The notes beneath the pieces were generated by a model. The model did no database searches. It worked only from the letters and a program-made list of their open reading frames with translations, and was not told where the DNA came from. From positions 1 through 64,000 of the forward strand of contig CAWDKY010000032.1 of the NCBI GenBank assembly GCA_963802945.1: DNA of 64,000 bases, given 5' to 3'. Shown here in pieces: positions 30,020-39,857 of the stretch (within the stretch, counting starts at the first letter, position 1; each line of letters opens with the position of its first letter). The position numbers and the translations under genes are program-made. The DNA is from an uncultured delta proteobacterium. Its GTDB lineage: Bacteria > Desulfobacterota > RBG-13-43-22.

Positions 30020-30874
30020 TTATTTCCCGGCCTTTGCCCTAAGGCAAAACTGATCCCAAAAAAAACGAAATGGCCCTTCCTGTCTGCCATAAGGGACGAC
30101 CGAGATCTTAGGATCGAGGAGCAATTTTTTTATACTCTTAAAGGGATAGTCTGAATTAATCTCTCCCTTAAGCCGAAAACCATAACTCCCAGTGACCTTC
30201 TGGTGGGACGGTAGGGGCAAGGGATCACTGCCGGGAAGGGTCTTCAAACCTTTGAGTTCAGCCTGCCTAAAAATAGAGGATTTCGGCCAAAAGACAGGAC
30301 GATTTCTGGTGTCGCCCAAAAAAAACGGCGGGACATTCTGATTTTGAAGAAGATTTTTTATTGTTTGTCCCCTGGCCCCAAACCATTTACCTGCACCCCA
30401 GGGAATGACCGGTATGGCCCCTCTCTTTCCAATAGTTTGAATCAATTCTTTAACCGGCCGCCCCTCTTCAAAAGGTTCGATATTCCCTAAGGCTAGAACT
30501 TCCAGGTTGCTCTCAGCCTTGATCTGTCTGCCGGCAATTAAGAAAAGGCCTTCTTCTTCGTTTAAATGCCCGTAAAGGGAACAATCTTCACGGGTGTTTT
30601 GAAAAGACCATTTTCCGATTCCTTTAGGAGAAAAGGTATTATTCCCTGCTGCCGACTTGTTCAAAATGTAAAACCAATTTTCGTTTTTGGCTTCGACCAA
30701 AAACAAAAAAGGGCTCCAGGGACTCTTTAATCCTTGCTGAGCCGCCATCCTTTTAAAATTTTCAAGCGCCCCGCTCAATAATATTTCCAGATTAACTTCT
30801 TGATAAATATGAAAATGGGCATCGGCCAAAATCAAGCCGCCTGGTTTGGAATTATTATTCATCGGGTTTTTCAC
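30020..30874 (-). CDS. Hypothetical protein with PHP-like metal-binding motifs
   Basis: DAHFH near the N-terminus, GRQI..EVL, PWGAGKW and GSDPLP. Confidence 0.7.
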   Translation of the reverse strand: MKNPMNNNSKPGGLILADAHFHIYQEVNLEILLSGALENFKRMAAQQGLKSPWSPFLFLVEAKNENWFYILNKSAAGNNTFSPKGIGKWSFQNTREDCSLYGHLNEEEGLFLIAGRQIKAESNLEVLALGNIEPFEEGRPVKELIQTIGKRGAIPVIPWGAGKWFGARGQTIKNLLQNQNVPPFFLGDTRNRPVFWPKSSIFRQAELKGLKTLPGSDPLPLPSHQKVTGSYGFRLKGEINSDYPFKSIKKLLLDPKISVVPYGRQEGPFRFFWDQFCLRAKAGK

Positions 30875-31555
30875 AAATTACATCCCAGCCGTATACGCCT
30901 ATCGCCGGGCCGGTATGGCCGCCAGCCATAAATCCATCCGGACGATGAGGTTTGCCCTTGCCTTGGCCTTGCCGAAAAGAATTCACCCATTCCGTCATCC
31001 GAAGACGTTTCCGGCCTCCAGAAAAGGGTAGTCCGTGTGCCGAAGATACTCTCTTCCTAACTCGACCATGTTGATATCAGCAAACATACGGGCCGGTCTA
31101 TTGATGTGTCCCTTGATGGTCCTCGGACTGAAACTGTACAAAGGATTGGGTGCGGAAGGAAGGGATACGAACCCCCTTCCCCGAAGGGGAAACACTTTTT
31201 TAACTAAGGACATCAACCCCCTCGGTCGTCCCTCCTTGAGCCTATTTTATGTACCATGCCGTTCTTTTTCTGTCAACTCAACAAATTAGCCTAATTGCAC
31301 CACCTCATTTTACCTAAACTGGTTTTTCTGCTTTTTGCATTGTTTTTTTTAAAGTCGAAGAAGGAAACGATTGTTGTAATTTTATTTGCTTTCCAATGGG
31401 TTTTAATGCTAAAAAGGAAGGGAACAAAAATATTTGAAGGCATAACTTTTTCAAAAACCATTACAAATACCGTATTGCCTGGTGTTAAATTTTGTCCTTG
31501 GTTTTGAGCTTTTAATCCGACAAACAGGAAATAGGTCTTAACGGATCGAATCAAC

Positions 31556-31825
31556 ATGCCTTCCCGAATCACCCTTGAAGGGGAAATCACCCTCCATAAT
31601 CTGGAATGGTTGCATAAGCAATTCCAGTCGGCCCTGCAGGGATCAGGAGATGTGATCCTATCCTGTAGAGGACTGCTTTACCTGGACACCGCCGCCTTTC
31701 AACTTTTGGTTTCTTTAAAAAAGTCCCTTAGAAATCGCCCTCTTGTTTTTCAGAAGGTTCCTTCGGCTGTCATCGAAATGGGTGACCTGCTGGGTCTGAA
31801 TAACTTTCTTAAGTTAGGAGGATAA
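31556..31825 (+). CDS. STAS-domain protein
   Basis: LEGEIT and YLDTAAFQLL. First gene of the che cluster. Confidence 0.85.
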   Translation: MPSRITLEGEITLHNLEWLHKQFQSALQGSGDVILSCRGLLYLDTAAFQLLVSLKKSLRNRPLVFQKVPSAVIEMGDLLGLNNFLKLGG

Positions 31826-31831
31826 ATTGTC

Positions 31832-32209
31832 ATGGACCGCGATATCCTGATTGTCGATGATTCCCCGACCCTTCGGACCTCACTGTGCTTCTGCCTGGAA
31901 AATGCCGGCTATCAAATTCTTCAATCGGAAAACGGGCAGGAAGGTCTGCACATACTGACCAGGCTTAAAGAAGAGGGAAAATCCATTGCCCTGATTATCA
32001 CCGATATCAATATGCCGGTTATGGACGGTATTGGTTTTATCCGGGAAGTCAAGGCCACTTCCTTCCGATTTGTCCCTATTTTGGTGTTGAGCACGGAAAC
32101 AGAGAGAAGTTTGAAAGATCAGGCCAAAGAGGCCGGTGCCGCCGGCTGGCTGAATAAACCGTTTCGCCCCGAGCAGTTACTTTGGGTCGTAAAAAAATTT
32201 ATCAGGTAA
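31832..32209 (+). CDS. cheY: CheY-like response regulator
   Basis: ILIVDDS, TDINMPVMDG, LSTE and GWLNKPF. Confidence 0.9.
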   Translation: MDRDILIVDDSPTLRTSLCFCLENAGYQILQSENGQEGLHILTRLKEEGKSIALIITDINMPVMDGIGFIREVKATSFRFVPILVLSTETERSLKDQAKEAGAAGWLNKPFRPEQLLWVVKKFIR

Positions 32210-32210
32210 C

Positions 32211-32340
32211 GATGGCTTCGGAAAAAGCCCATTTGCTTTGTTGCGCAGCATCCTTCGTCGTTGCAGCGTACAAGAAAGTACGCCTCACTCCATCAGGATT
32301 TGCGCGCCTCGCATCTGAAACTTTCTTCAAAGCCATCCAA
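32211..32340. repeat. MITE-like dispersed element, copy 2
   Basis: Ends GATGGCTTCGGAAAAAG / CTTTCTTCAAAGCCATC. Internal GCAGCGTAC..GTACGCCTCA..GGATTT..CCTCGCATCTG matches copies 1 and 3. Confidence 0.75.
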
Positions 32341-32379
32341 TAATTATTTTTTTTAACAAATTTTTCAGGTGGAAATTTT

Positions 32380-34482
32380 TTGGAAAGCGCCGAACTTCTA
32401 GAGATTTATTACTCTGAGGCGGAAGATCTGCTCCAAAGGATCGAGAAATCTCTCTTGACCCTTGAACAGGTGCCCGAAGATTCTACCCAGATCCAGGAAG
32501 TATTTCGGGCCGTTCACACCATGAAAAGCAGTTCGGCCATGGTAGGCTTTGATACCATCTCCGAGTATGCCCACCTCTTGGAAAACCTCCTCGATCGCTT
32601 GCGCAGCGGCCGACTTCAACCATCCCGGTCTCTCATCTCCCATCTTTTGACCGGCCAGGGACTACTTCGAACCATGATCGAGAAGGCTTCCAGGGGCGAA
32701 GAACCGATCTCTCCGCCTGAACTGGCGGCCCAAAAAGAACAACTGGCCCGTTTCATGGGTATTCAGGGTTCAGAAGAAGCCCCTTCTGTCTTGCCTTCAA
32801 TTCCTCCTGTGGCGGAAGAGCAAGATCATATTTATAAAATAAACCTATCCTTTAGAGAAGACTTGTTTTTTTCCGGTCAGGATCCTTTGATGCTCCTGAG
32901 AGAACTTCAGGACCTGGGAGAGGTTGTCCAGGTGAAGGCCGATTACTCACGGGTTCCAGGGATTGCTGAGATCAACCCCTTTTCCCTTTACCTTTCCTGG
33001 AAAATCCTGTTTCGAACCCAGGAACCTCTTACTTCCATCGAAGAAGTCTTTTGTTTTATCAAAGAAGATCATTCATTGGAAATACTGGATGTGACCCGTC
33101 AGTTCCCTGAAGGGATCGATCTTTCCCTAGCCGACAAACGAATTGGAGACATACTGCTTGAAGAAGGAGTCATCAACCCGGAAGACTTGCTGGACGCCTT
33201 GCAGGATCAAAAAAAAATCGGGCAGGTCCTGGTTGAAAAAGGGAAAGTGGCGGCGAAAACCCTTTCCCTACTCATGACCGAACAGGAAAAAAGCCGCACC
33301 CTGCTAAGGAAATCCACCATCAGGGTGGAAACCCAAAAGCTGGACAACCTGGCTAATTTTGTCGAAGAGCTGTCGGTCAATCTTTCCAGAGTTTCACACG
33401 AATTGGAAGAAAAGGGGCCTAATTCTTCCCGGATCTTGCTGGAAGAAATGGACCGGGTGGAGCAAAACCTAAGAGAAATTCGGGAACAGGTCATGCGGGT
33501 CCGTATGTTCCCCCTGGAAGGGACTTTCCAGAGATTGCAACGGATGGCCCGGGACCTAGCTGTCGAAGAGGGTAAAGATATAAGAGTTGAGATTCAAGGG
33601 GCGGAGACCGAACTAGATAAGGATCTGATCGAGCAGATCACCGATCCGCTCAAACATTGCATTCGAAATGCCATCGATCACGGAATCGAGCCGCCGGAGG
33701 AACGAGAAAAAAGCGAGAAGAACCCTCAAGGCATTTTATCCATCAAGGCCTTTCAGAGGGAAGGCAAGATTATTATCCAGGTTGCGGACGACGGCCGGGG
33801 TCTGGACCAGGAAGCTATTTACAAGAAAGCGTTGGAAAACCAACTCATCCCACCGGGAACCAGACCTGCCCAGGCCGACTTGCAACGCTTGATCCTGCTT
33901 CCTGGTTTTTCTACCACTGAGACCGTTTCCGATCTCTCCGGCAGAGGAGTCGGTTTGGATGTAGTTCGGGACCAGATCCATCGTATAGGCGGCCTTATTG
34001 ACATTTCTTCTTCTCCCGGACAGGGGACAACCTTCACTTTGAGTATCCCCTTAACCCTGGCGGTTATGGAAGGTCTCCGGATTGATGTCGGAGGGGAGTC
34101 TTATATTGTACCTGTTTCTTCCGTCCTAACGGTCAGGAAGGTCCAGGAACAGGATATTAAAACCGTCGAGGCCCGTGAGGAAATGATCCGTTTCGAAGAG
34201 CAATATATCCCGGCAATTCGTCTGGAAAACGTATTAGGTGTTCCCCGGGAAAAAATCAACGGTCAAAAGATCGCTCTGATCCTGGACAGTCAAAAGAGAA
34301 GATTTGCCCTGCTGGCTGATCAGATATTGGAAACCCGGCAAGTGGTTATCAAAGGCTTGGAAACCCATTTCCGTTCTATTCCTGGATTTTCCGGTGGAGC
34401 TATTCTCGGAGATGGGAAGGTGTGCTTAATCCTGGATATTTATGGCCTGGATCATTTGATCTTTGGGGACTCCATGACCTGA
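32380..34482 (+). CDS. cheA: Chemotaxis histidine kinase CheA
   Basis: Hpt FRAVHTMK, RNAIDHGIE, DDGRG, PGFST, SGRGVGLDVV and a C-terminal CheW domain. Confidence 0.95.
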   Translation: MESAELLEIYYSEAEDLLQRIEKSLLTLEQVPEDSTQIQEVFRAVHTMKSSSAMVGFDTISEYAHLLENLLDRLRSGRLQPSRSLISHLLTGQGLLRTMIEKASRGEEPISPPELAAQKEQLARFMGIQGSEEAPSVLPSIPPVAEEQDHIYKINLSFREDLFFSGQDPLMLLRELQDLGEVVQVKADYSRVPGIAEINPFSLYLSWKILFRTQEPLTSIEEVFCFIKEDHSLEILDVTRQFPEGIDLSLADKRIGDILLEEGVINPEDLLDALQDQKKIGQVLVEKGKVAAKTLSLLMTEQEKSRTLLRKSTIRVETQKLDNLANFVEELSVNLSRVSHELEEKGPNSSRILLEEMDRVEQNLREIREQVMRVRMFPLEGTFQRLQRMARDLAVEEGKDIRVEIQGAETELDKDLIEQITDPLKHCIRNAIDHGIEPPEEREKSEKNPQGILSIKAFQREGKIIIQVADDGRGLDQEAIYKKALENQLIPPGTRPAQADLQRLILLPGFSTTETVSDLSGRGVGLDVVRDQIHRIGGLIDISSSPGQGTTFTLSIPLTLAVMEGLRIDVGGESYIVPVSSVLTVRKVQEQDIKTVEAREEMIRFEEQYIPAIRLENVLGVPREKINGQKIALILDSQKRRFALLADQILETRQVVIKGLETHFRSIPGFSGGAILGDGKVCLILDIYGLDHLIFGDSMT

Positions 34483-34614
34483 AGCCAAGGCATGATAACG
34501 GATGCCCGATATTGGAAAAATTCACAACCAAAACCGTTTTTTTGATATTATTAATAATGGTCATTTCGCAATCCGCAATCAACAATTATCAATCTTAAAT
34601 GGGGGGGGTATGTT

Positions 34615-36486
34615 ATGAGCCGGCTGAGTCTTAAGGCAATTGAAAAAAGCCTTCGGTTTAAAATCCTGGCCATCCTGGTGATTACCTTTGGCGTGCTCGG
34701 GGAATTTTTAATGGTCCTTGCCAGGTATTTCCATTTCTCAATTCAACAGATTTTTTACCTGGGCATCTTAGGTGGGGTAGCCATTATCGTCATCGTTTAT
34801 TTTTGCCTGTATAAGTTGATAACCCAAAGGATAAGGATCTTAACCAGGCTGACCCGGGAGATTGGTCAGGGAAATTTGGATCTGGAAATTCCGGTTCAAG
34901 GAGGGGATTCCATTGGGAGATTGGCCGACAACATCAGAACCATGGTTCTAAACCACAAGGATCAGATTGAGTTCGCCAATATTCTGAAGAAGGCCATTCC
35001 TGTTCCCTTGTTTTTTGTCGATCCGAATATGACCGTAACCTTTTTAAATCGAACGGCTTGCGGGACCTCCGGCTTAACCGCCGAGGAGGTGGAAGGCAAG
35101 ATGAAGTGCTGGGACGTATTTAATTCCAACAAGTGCCAGGAGGAATGTATCCTGAAAAAAACCCTTAAAACCGGGAAATTTATTTTGGGTGATGCTCAAT
35201 TCATCCAACCCAAGAAAGGTAAGCCCATAACGATACTGGCTTCTTCCGCTCCCCTTAAAGATTCAAAGGGAAATATCCTGGGTGCCCTGGAGATCTTTCG
35301 AGATGATTCCGATATAGTTCAGACCCAAAATCTATTAAAAAAAGCCGCTCAAAAAGAGGAGGAAGATCGCAAATATCTGGAAGAACGGGTTGAAAAACTC
35401 ACCAACGTATTGCAAAAAGCAGCCTCGGGAGACCTCTCCATCCAGGCCCCGCTTGATGCTAAAGATGATATCATGGACCAACTCTCAATCAAAACCAATG
35501 AGACCTTTGGCAATATGGGAAGATTGATAGCCCAGACCAAGGGCGCAGCCCTGGGTGTGGCCCATCTGGCTGCCCAAATATCAGGTGGGAATCAGGATCT
35601 TTCCTTGCGGACTCAGCAGCAGGCCGGTACCATGGAAGAAATCAGCGCCACTATGGAAGAAATGTCCGCCTCGATTCTTCAAACAGCCAGTAACACCAAG
35701 CGGGCCGATCAAATGGCCAGGGAAGCCGTTGCCCTGGCTCAGGAAGGAAATCAAGTCCTTCAAAAAACCTCATCATCCATGGATCAGGTCATTCAGTCCA
35801 GTCAAAAGATCTCCGAAATTTTAACTCTGGTCAATGAAATCACTTTTCAGACCAATCTGCTGGCCTTAAATGCCGCCATTGAGGCCGCCAGGGCCGGAGA
35901 ACACGGCCGGGGATTCGCTGTAGTGGCTCATGAAGTCCGAAGTCTGGCCAAACGAAGTCAAGAGGCGTCCAAAGAAATTCAGGACCTCATTCATAACAGC
36001 CTCGACAAGGTCTCCTCGGTCCACAAATTAGTGGGAGAAACGCATACCAGCCTGGATAAAATCCGGACCTTGATCCAGAGGCTTTCCGAACACATATCCC
36101 AGGTAACAACAACTTCTCAGGAACAATCCAAAGGGACAGAAGAAATCAACCAGGCTTTGCTTGAGCTTCAAAATATTATCCAACAAAATGCCACTTTGGT
36201 TGAGGACTTGGCTCATTCCAGTCAGATGTTGGCCGAAAGTGCCGAAGGGCTGCAATTATCCACCGAAGGGTTCATCCTCCCCCAGGAGATCGGGGTAAAA
36301 ATACCGGAATTTCATACGCCATCGCTTAAAAAAAAGGAAAGTCTTGTTAAACCGAAAGACCGCCGGGGGATTGAGCCTCCTATCCGTCGGCGTCCGGAAG
36401 AAGATCTGATCAAGACCGGTTCCCAGGAAGACAAACCCTTCTCCGCAAAAGACCTGGATCTGGAAGAAGGATTTGAAGAGTTTTAA
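34615..36486 (+). CDS. Methyl-accepting chemotaxis protein (2TM-HAMP-PAS-MA)
   Basis: [27 protein letters not shown] hairpin and C-terminal GFEEF pentapeptide. Confidence 0.95.
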   Translation: MSRLSLKAIEKSLRFKILAILVITFGVLGEFLMVLARYFHFSIQQIFYLGILGGVAIIVIVYFCLYKLITQRIRILTRLTREIGQGNLDLEIPVQGGDSIGRLADNIRTMVLNHKDQIEFANILKKAIPVPLFFVDPNMTVTFLNRTACGTSGLTAEEVEGKMKCWDVFNSNKCQEECILKKTLKTGKFILGDAQFIQPKKGKPITILASSAPLKDSKGNILGALEIFRDDSDIVQTQNLLKKAAQKEEEDRKYLEERVEKLTNVLQKAASGDLSIQAPLDAKDDIMDQLSIKTNETFGNMGRLIAQTKGAALGVAHLAAQISGGNQDLSLRTQQQAGTMEEISATMEEMSASILQTASNTKRADQMAREAVALAQEGNQVLQKTSSSMDQVIQSSQKISEILTLVNEITFQTNLLALNAAIEAARAGEHGRGFAVVAHEVRSLAKRSQEASKEIQDLIHNSLDKVSSVHKLVGETHTSLDKIRTLIQRLSEHISQVTTTSQEQSKGTEEINQALLELQNIIQQNATLVEDLAHSSQMLAESAEGLQLSTEGFILPQEIGVKIPEFHTPSLKKKESLVKPKDRRGIEPPIRRRPEEDLIKTGSQEDKPFSAKDLDLEEGFEEF

Positions 36487-36506
36487 CCCTTGGAAAGAAA
36501 GCGATC

Positions 36507-36962
36507 ATGTCTGATACCATCCAATATATTACTTTTTTTCTGGACCAGGAAGAATATGCCCTAGAATTACTGAAAATCAAGGAGATTATTGCCTTTCGCC
36601 CCTTGACCAGGGTCCCCAGGATGGGTGGGTTTATCAAAGGCATTTTAAACTTGAGGGGGGTGATTCTTCCGGTCTTCGATCCTCGTGAAAAATTTGGTCT
36701 CCCTTCCCGCTCCTATGACTCTCATACCGTTATTTTTATCATGGAACTGGCGGGAAGGTTGGTTGGGCTTATTGTGGATATGGCCAGTGATGTCGTTGAC
36801 CTGACGACGGAGGACGTACAGTCTACCCCGGGCTTCTCCACTCCGATACAAAGCGATTACATCCAGGGGATCGGCTCCATCGAAGGCCGCCTGGTCGTCC
36901 TCCTTAATGCCGACCGCCTCCTGGATGAACAGGAGATAGCGGCCCTGGATAAAACGATTTAA
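36507..36962 (+). CDS. cheW: CheW
   Basis: GILNLRGVILPV and VGLIVD. Confidence 0.95.
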   Translation: MSDTIQYITFFLDQEEYALELLKIKEIIAFRPLTRVPRMGGFIKGILNLRGVILPVFDPREKFGLPSRSYDSHTVIFIMELAGRLVGLIVDMASDVVDLTTEDVQSTPGFSTPIQSDYIQGIGSIEGRLVVLLNADRLLDEQEIAALDKTI

Positions 36963-36972
36963 TAAGAAAAAA

Positions 36973-37090
36973 GGGCTCAAGGATTCGAGGATTCGAGGAT
37001 TCGAGGATTCAAGGGTTCAAGTGGTTTTACTTTCACGCCTTACACTCCGCCCTGCGGTCCTTGACCCCTCGGCCCCTTGAATCCTTTGAA
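36973..37090. repeat. Octamer (GGATTCGA) array-core-inverted array
   Basis: GGATTCGA x3 perfect from 36981, then GGATTCAA, GGGTTCAA, core GTGGTTTTACTTTCACGCCTTACAC, and TTGACCCC..TTGAATCC. Confidence 0.85.
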
Positions 37091-37175
37091 TAATTTTCAT
37101 GTTTCATAACGCCTGCTGTAAGCGGGCATAAGGGTTTATTAAGTAAATTTTAATTTTTTTCCCAAGTCATAACGG

Positions 37176-38021
37176 ATGAGCCTAATTCCCCCATTAAAAC
37201 TACCTGATTCAGATTTTCTGGCTTTACGAAGGCTTATTGCCGATGAGACGGGCATCCGACTTTCGGATTTTAAGAAGGGCTTCCTTATATCTCGGCTGTC
37301 CCCAAGACTTAAAGAACTGGGGCTCCGGAGTTTTAAAGAATATGTCCGATTGTTACAACACCCTGGTTCACAAAAAGGAGAAATAGGTCTTCTGATTAAT
37401 CAGATTACCACCAACGAAACCCGGTTTTTCAGAGAAAACCATCACTTTGAATATTTGACTGAAACCTATCTCCCCTCATTAATCCGAGAGAACAAAACTC
37501 CAAGGAGGATATCGTTCTGGAGCGCCGGCTGCGCCACTGGGGAAGAGGCCTACAGTCTGGCCATGATCCTATTTGATTTTAAGAGGAAATATCCCTGGAT
37601 ACAACCCCGTATCCTGGCCACCGACATCGATTCCAGAGCCTTGAATAAGGCCCAAGCCGGACTTTTTCCGGACAAGTCCACCAGGCATATCCCGCCCTCG
37701 CTTCTGAATAAATATTTTCTTAGAGGGGTCAAGGAATGGAGCGGCTGGATAAAGGCCCGTTCCTTTATCAAGGAACTGATTATCTTTAAATATTTCAATC
37801 TCCATAAACCAGGGAAGCTTTCCTTAGGACCTTTTGATGGAATCTTTTGTCGAAATGTCCTCATCTATTTCCTACCCGAATCACAGGAAAGGATCCGGGA
37901 GGTCTTTTACCGAAGTTTGATTCCTAATGGGCTGCTCTTCTTAGGGCACAGTGAACTCCTTTTCGGCAAGGAGGAGGCCTTTAAGTCTTTGGGGAAAACC
38001 ATATACCAGAAAAAAGGATGA
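37176..38021 (+). CDS. cheR: CheR methyltransferase
   Basis: TTNETRFFRE, WSAGCATGEEAYS and FCRNVLIYF. Confidence 0.95.
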   Translation: MSLIPPLKLPDSDFLALRRLIADETGIRLSDFKKGFLISRLSPRLKELGLRSFKEYVRLLQHPGSQKGEIGLLINQITTNETRFFRENHHFEYLTETYLPSLIRENKTPRRISFWSAGCATGEEAYSLAMILFDFKRKYPWIQPRILATDIDSRALNKAQAGLFPDKSTRHIPPSLLNKYFLRGVKEWSGWIKARSFIKELIIFKYFNLHKPGKLSLGPFDGIFCRNVLIYFLPESQERIREVFYRSLIPNGLLFLGHSELLFGKEEAFKSLGKTIYQKKG

Positions 38022-38166
38022 TCTTGAAGGGACAAGTGACGAGGAAAAACAGGAATGGGGGAAATTTTGGAGTAATGGAGGAACAAGATGATCCAACATC
38101 ACAATACTCCATCACTCCGTTTTTAAGTGCACTCGTTTTCCCCGTCACTGATGTTAAGGAAATTTT

Positions 38167-38739
38167 ATGCAAACCGGGTTTAGTGAAAAATATAAACTCC
38201 CGATCCATTTCTTGAACCCCGGGGAGTATTATGCCACCGACCGACCGGAGATCCTGAGCACCATACTCGGGTCCTGCATCTCGGTCTGTCTGGTCGACGA
38301 AAAGAACCAAATAGGGGGGATGAACCATTTTATGCTCCCGGGATGTATTTCCACCAATGAGATCCTGATAAGCGAGATCGGCCGCTATGGCCTCTATGCC
38401 ATGGAACTGCTGATTGGGGAAATCATCAAAAAAGGAGGAGACCGTAAGGCCATTAAAGCAAGATGCTTTGGAGGAGGAGCGGTATTACGGTTTCGTCAAT
38501 CCGATGGAGATGTCCCGGAAGCCAATATTCAGTTCATTCGAAAGTATTTTGAGTTAGAAAAAATCCCCCTGGTGGCCGAGGATCTTGGGGGAGCCCAAGG
38601 GCGAAAAATTTATTTCTTTGTTCCTGAAGGCCGAGTCCTGTTGAAGCGTTTAAAAGATATCACTAAAGAACTGATCGACCTGGAAAACAATTACAAGGGA
38701 GCCCTTTTCAAGAAAAGGATGAAGTCAAAAATTTATTAA
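38167..38739 (+). CDS. cheD: CheD chemoreceptor glutamine deamidase
   Basis: LGSCISVCL, GGMNHFMLP and EDLGG..GRKI. Confidence 0.93.
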   Translation: MQTGFSEKYKLPIHFLNPGEYYATDRPEILSTILGSCISVCLVDEKNQIGGMNHFMLPGCISTNEILISEIGRYGLYAMELLIGEIIKKGGDRKAIKARCFGGGAVLRFRQSDGDVPEANIQFIRKYFELEKIPLVAEDLGGAQGRKIYFFVPEGRVLLKRLKDITKELIDLENNYKGALFKKRMKSKIY

Positions 38740-38798
38740 AAGAAGGCCAGAGAAACCGGGCTTGATGAGCGTTTCTCTAAATAAACGAGGGATCTGTT

Positions 38799-39848
38799 TT
38801 GAAAAAAATTCATGTGCTGATTGTTGATGATTCCCCGCTGATGCAGGCCTGGCTGAAAAAAATCCTTTCAGCCGATCCTGAAGTCGGGGAGGTGACTGTA
38901 GCTCAAAATGCGGAAGAGGCCAGGAAATCTCTGCAAACCAAGAGACCCGATGTTATCACCCTGGATGTGGAACTGCCCGGAATAGACGGTATTTCCTTTT
39001 TAAAAGAACTTATGTCCACCTGCCCTTTGCCTGTGGTCATGGTCAGTGCCTATACCCAGGAAAATTGTCGAACTACGATCAAGGCCCTTTCCCTAGGGGC
39101 GGTAGATTTTATCCCAAAACCAGGACCTGGTTTAAAAGAGGAAAAAGAAACCTTCCCCCAGAGGCTCCGGGCCAAGGTCAAAGAAGCAGCCCAGGCACGA
39201 ACCATAGCTCCTCTTCCTGGTCCCCCTTTGCACCTTCACCGTTATGGAATAAAAACAGACCGACGCCCGTTCCGGGAAGTGCAAGGGTCTGTAATCGGAA
39301 TAGGGGCTTCCACCGGCGGGACCCTAGCCCTTAACTTTCTGCTTTCTCAATTACCTGAAAATATTCCTCCGATTGTTATTGTCCAGCACATGCCCCCCCA
39401 GTTTACCGGTGCTTTTGCCGACCATCTGAATCAGGTCTCTCAAATAACTGTTAAAGAAGCCTTCTCGGGAGACCGCCTGAAACGGGGGTTGGCCCTGATC
39501 GTCCCCGGGGGAAAACATGGACAGGTCCAAAAAGATCAACAAGGTCTTTTCCTGACCCTGAATGAAAATCCGCCGGTCAACCACCATCGTCCATCGATAG
39601 ATGTCTTGTTCCAATCTATCGCCCTGACCGTTCAGGAAAAAGGGATCGGCATCCTGCTGACCGGCATGGGAGAAGACGGGGCCCGTGGACTCCTGGCCAT
39701 GCGGAAACAGGGGGCCAAAACATTAGCCCAGGATGAATCGACTTCCGCCATTTTTGGAATGCCCCGGGCGGCCATAAAATTGGGAGCGGCTCAGGAGGTG
39801 GCCCCTCTGGAGGAAGTGCCTGCCTGGCTGATAAAAAAGGTGAGGTGA
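38799..39848 (+). CDS. cheB: CheB methylesterase (REC + CheB)
   Basis: GASTGG, VQHMP, RPSIDVLF and LTGMGEDGA. Confidence 0.95.
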   Translation: MKKIHVLIVDDSPLMQAWLKKILSADPEVGEVTVAQNAEEARKSLQTKRPDVITLDVELPGIDGISFLKELMSTCPLPVVMVSAYTQENCRTTIKALSLGAVDFIPKPGPGLKEEKETFPQRLRAKVKEAAQARTIAPLPGPPLHLHRYGIKTDRRPFREVQGSVIGIGASTGGTLALNFLLSQLPENIPPIVIVQHMPPQFTGAFADHLNQVSQITVKEAFSGDRLKRGLALIVPGGKHGQVQKDQQGLFLTLNENPPVNHHRPSIDVLFQSIALTVQEKGIGILLTGMGEDGARGLLAMRKQGAKTLAQDESTSAIFGMPRAAIKLGAAQEVAPLEEVPAWLIKKVR

Positions 39849-39857
39849 TAACCGGCC

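Noticed and set aside
30930-30975. GGCAAACC on the minus strand, resembling a c-di-GMP-I riboswitch
   Set aside because: The GNRA loop and the following GACGCAAAGC element are absent.
30983-30997. Two close in-frame TGA codons after the 73-aa ORF, suggesting selenocysteine readthrough
   Set aside because: No recognisable selenoprotein motif, and the extension has no identifiable homology.
31438-31453. Sigma54-like AGGCATAACTTTTTCA upstream of the che operon, and TGGCATGTACATTAA upstream of galT
   Set aside because: Both lack the -12 GC, which is too weak to call without data.
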